Source: Felis catus | Taxonomy: Eukaryota | Assembly: GCF_018350175.1 (NCBI RefSeq) | Contig: NC_058368.1 | Span: 226,922,001 to 226,986,000 of the forward strand | Length of the DNA stretch: 64,000 nt | Reading direction: 5' to 3' | Shown here: piece by piece, positions 63,792 through 64,000 of the stretch | How the letters are laid out: each line of letters begins with the position of its first letter | How positions within the stretch are numbered: position 1 is the stretch's first letter | Notes under the pieces: generated by a model | The model's database searches: none | Seen by the model: only the letters and a program-made list of their open reading frames with translations | Told to the model about the DNA's origin: nothing | Position numbers and translations under genes: made by a program

Positions 63792-64000
63792 GGGGCGCCT
63801 GGGTGGTGCAGTTGGTTAAGCGTCCGACTTCAGCCAGGTCATGATCTCACGGTCCGTGAGTTCGAGCCCTGCATCAGGCTCTGGGCTGATGGCTCGGAGC
63901 CTGGAGCCTGTTTCCGATTCTGTGTCTCCCTCTCTCTCTGCCCCTCCCCCGTTCATGCTCTGTCTCTCTCTGTCCCAAAAATAAACAAACGTTGAAAAAA
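63792..64000 (+). mobile_element. Young felid Can-SINE, tail cut by the window end
   Basis: Near-consensus body up to aaacgttgaaaaaa. Confidence 0.97.

Noticed and set aside
1..64000. A previously undescribed multi-gene biological system
   Set aside because: No recognisable coding exons, RNA genes, foreign-composition segment or intact autonomous element; known mammalian repeats and unannotatable unique DNA account for the window

Overview
Mammalian non-coding DNA, almost certainly felid: it holds about 32 tRNA-derived Can-SINEs, including about 12 young copies matching the cat-type SINEC_Fc sequence. Much of the window is decayed transposable elements (L1, L2, MIR, MaLR/ERVL LTRs, and MER63-, MER20B- and MER82-like DNA transposons) plus microsatellites. 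I recognise no protein-coding exon, RNA gene or novel multi-gene system. Most longer ORFs in the track are read-throughs of SINEs, LINE fragments or simple repeats. The best second-look items are a 227-codon stop-free frame in an ancient L2 ORF2, an L1 that appears internally deleted at a microhomology, a head-to-tail SINE dimer, a nested transposon stack, a CpG-retaining zone near 50.6-51.9 kb, an L1 orientation switch mid-window, and several micro-rearrangement scars. TE family names come from recalled consensus sequences and need RepeatMasker/Dfam confirmation. Boundaries of old elements are approximate.
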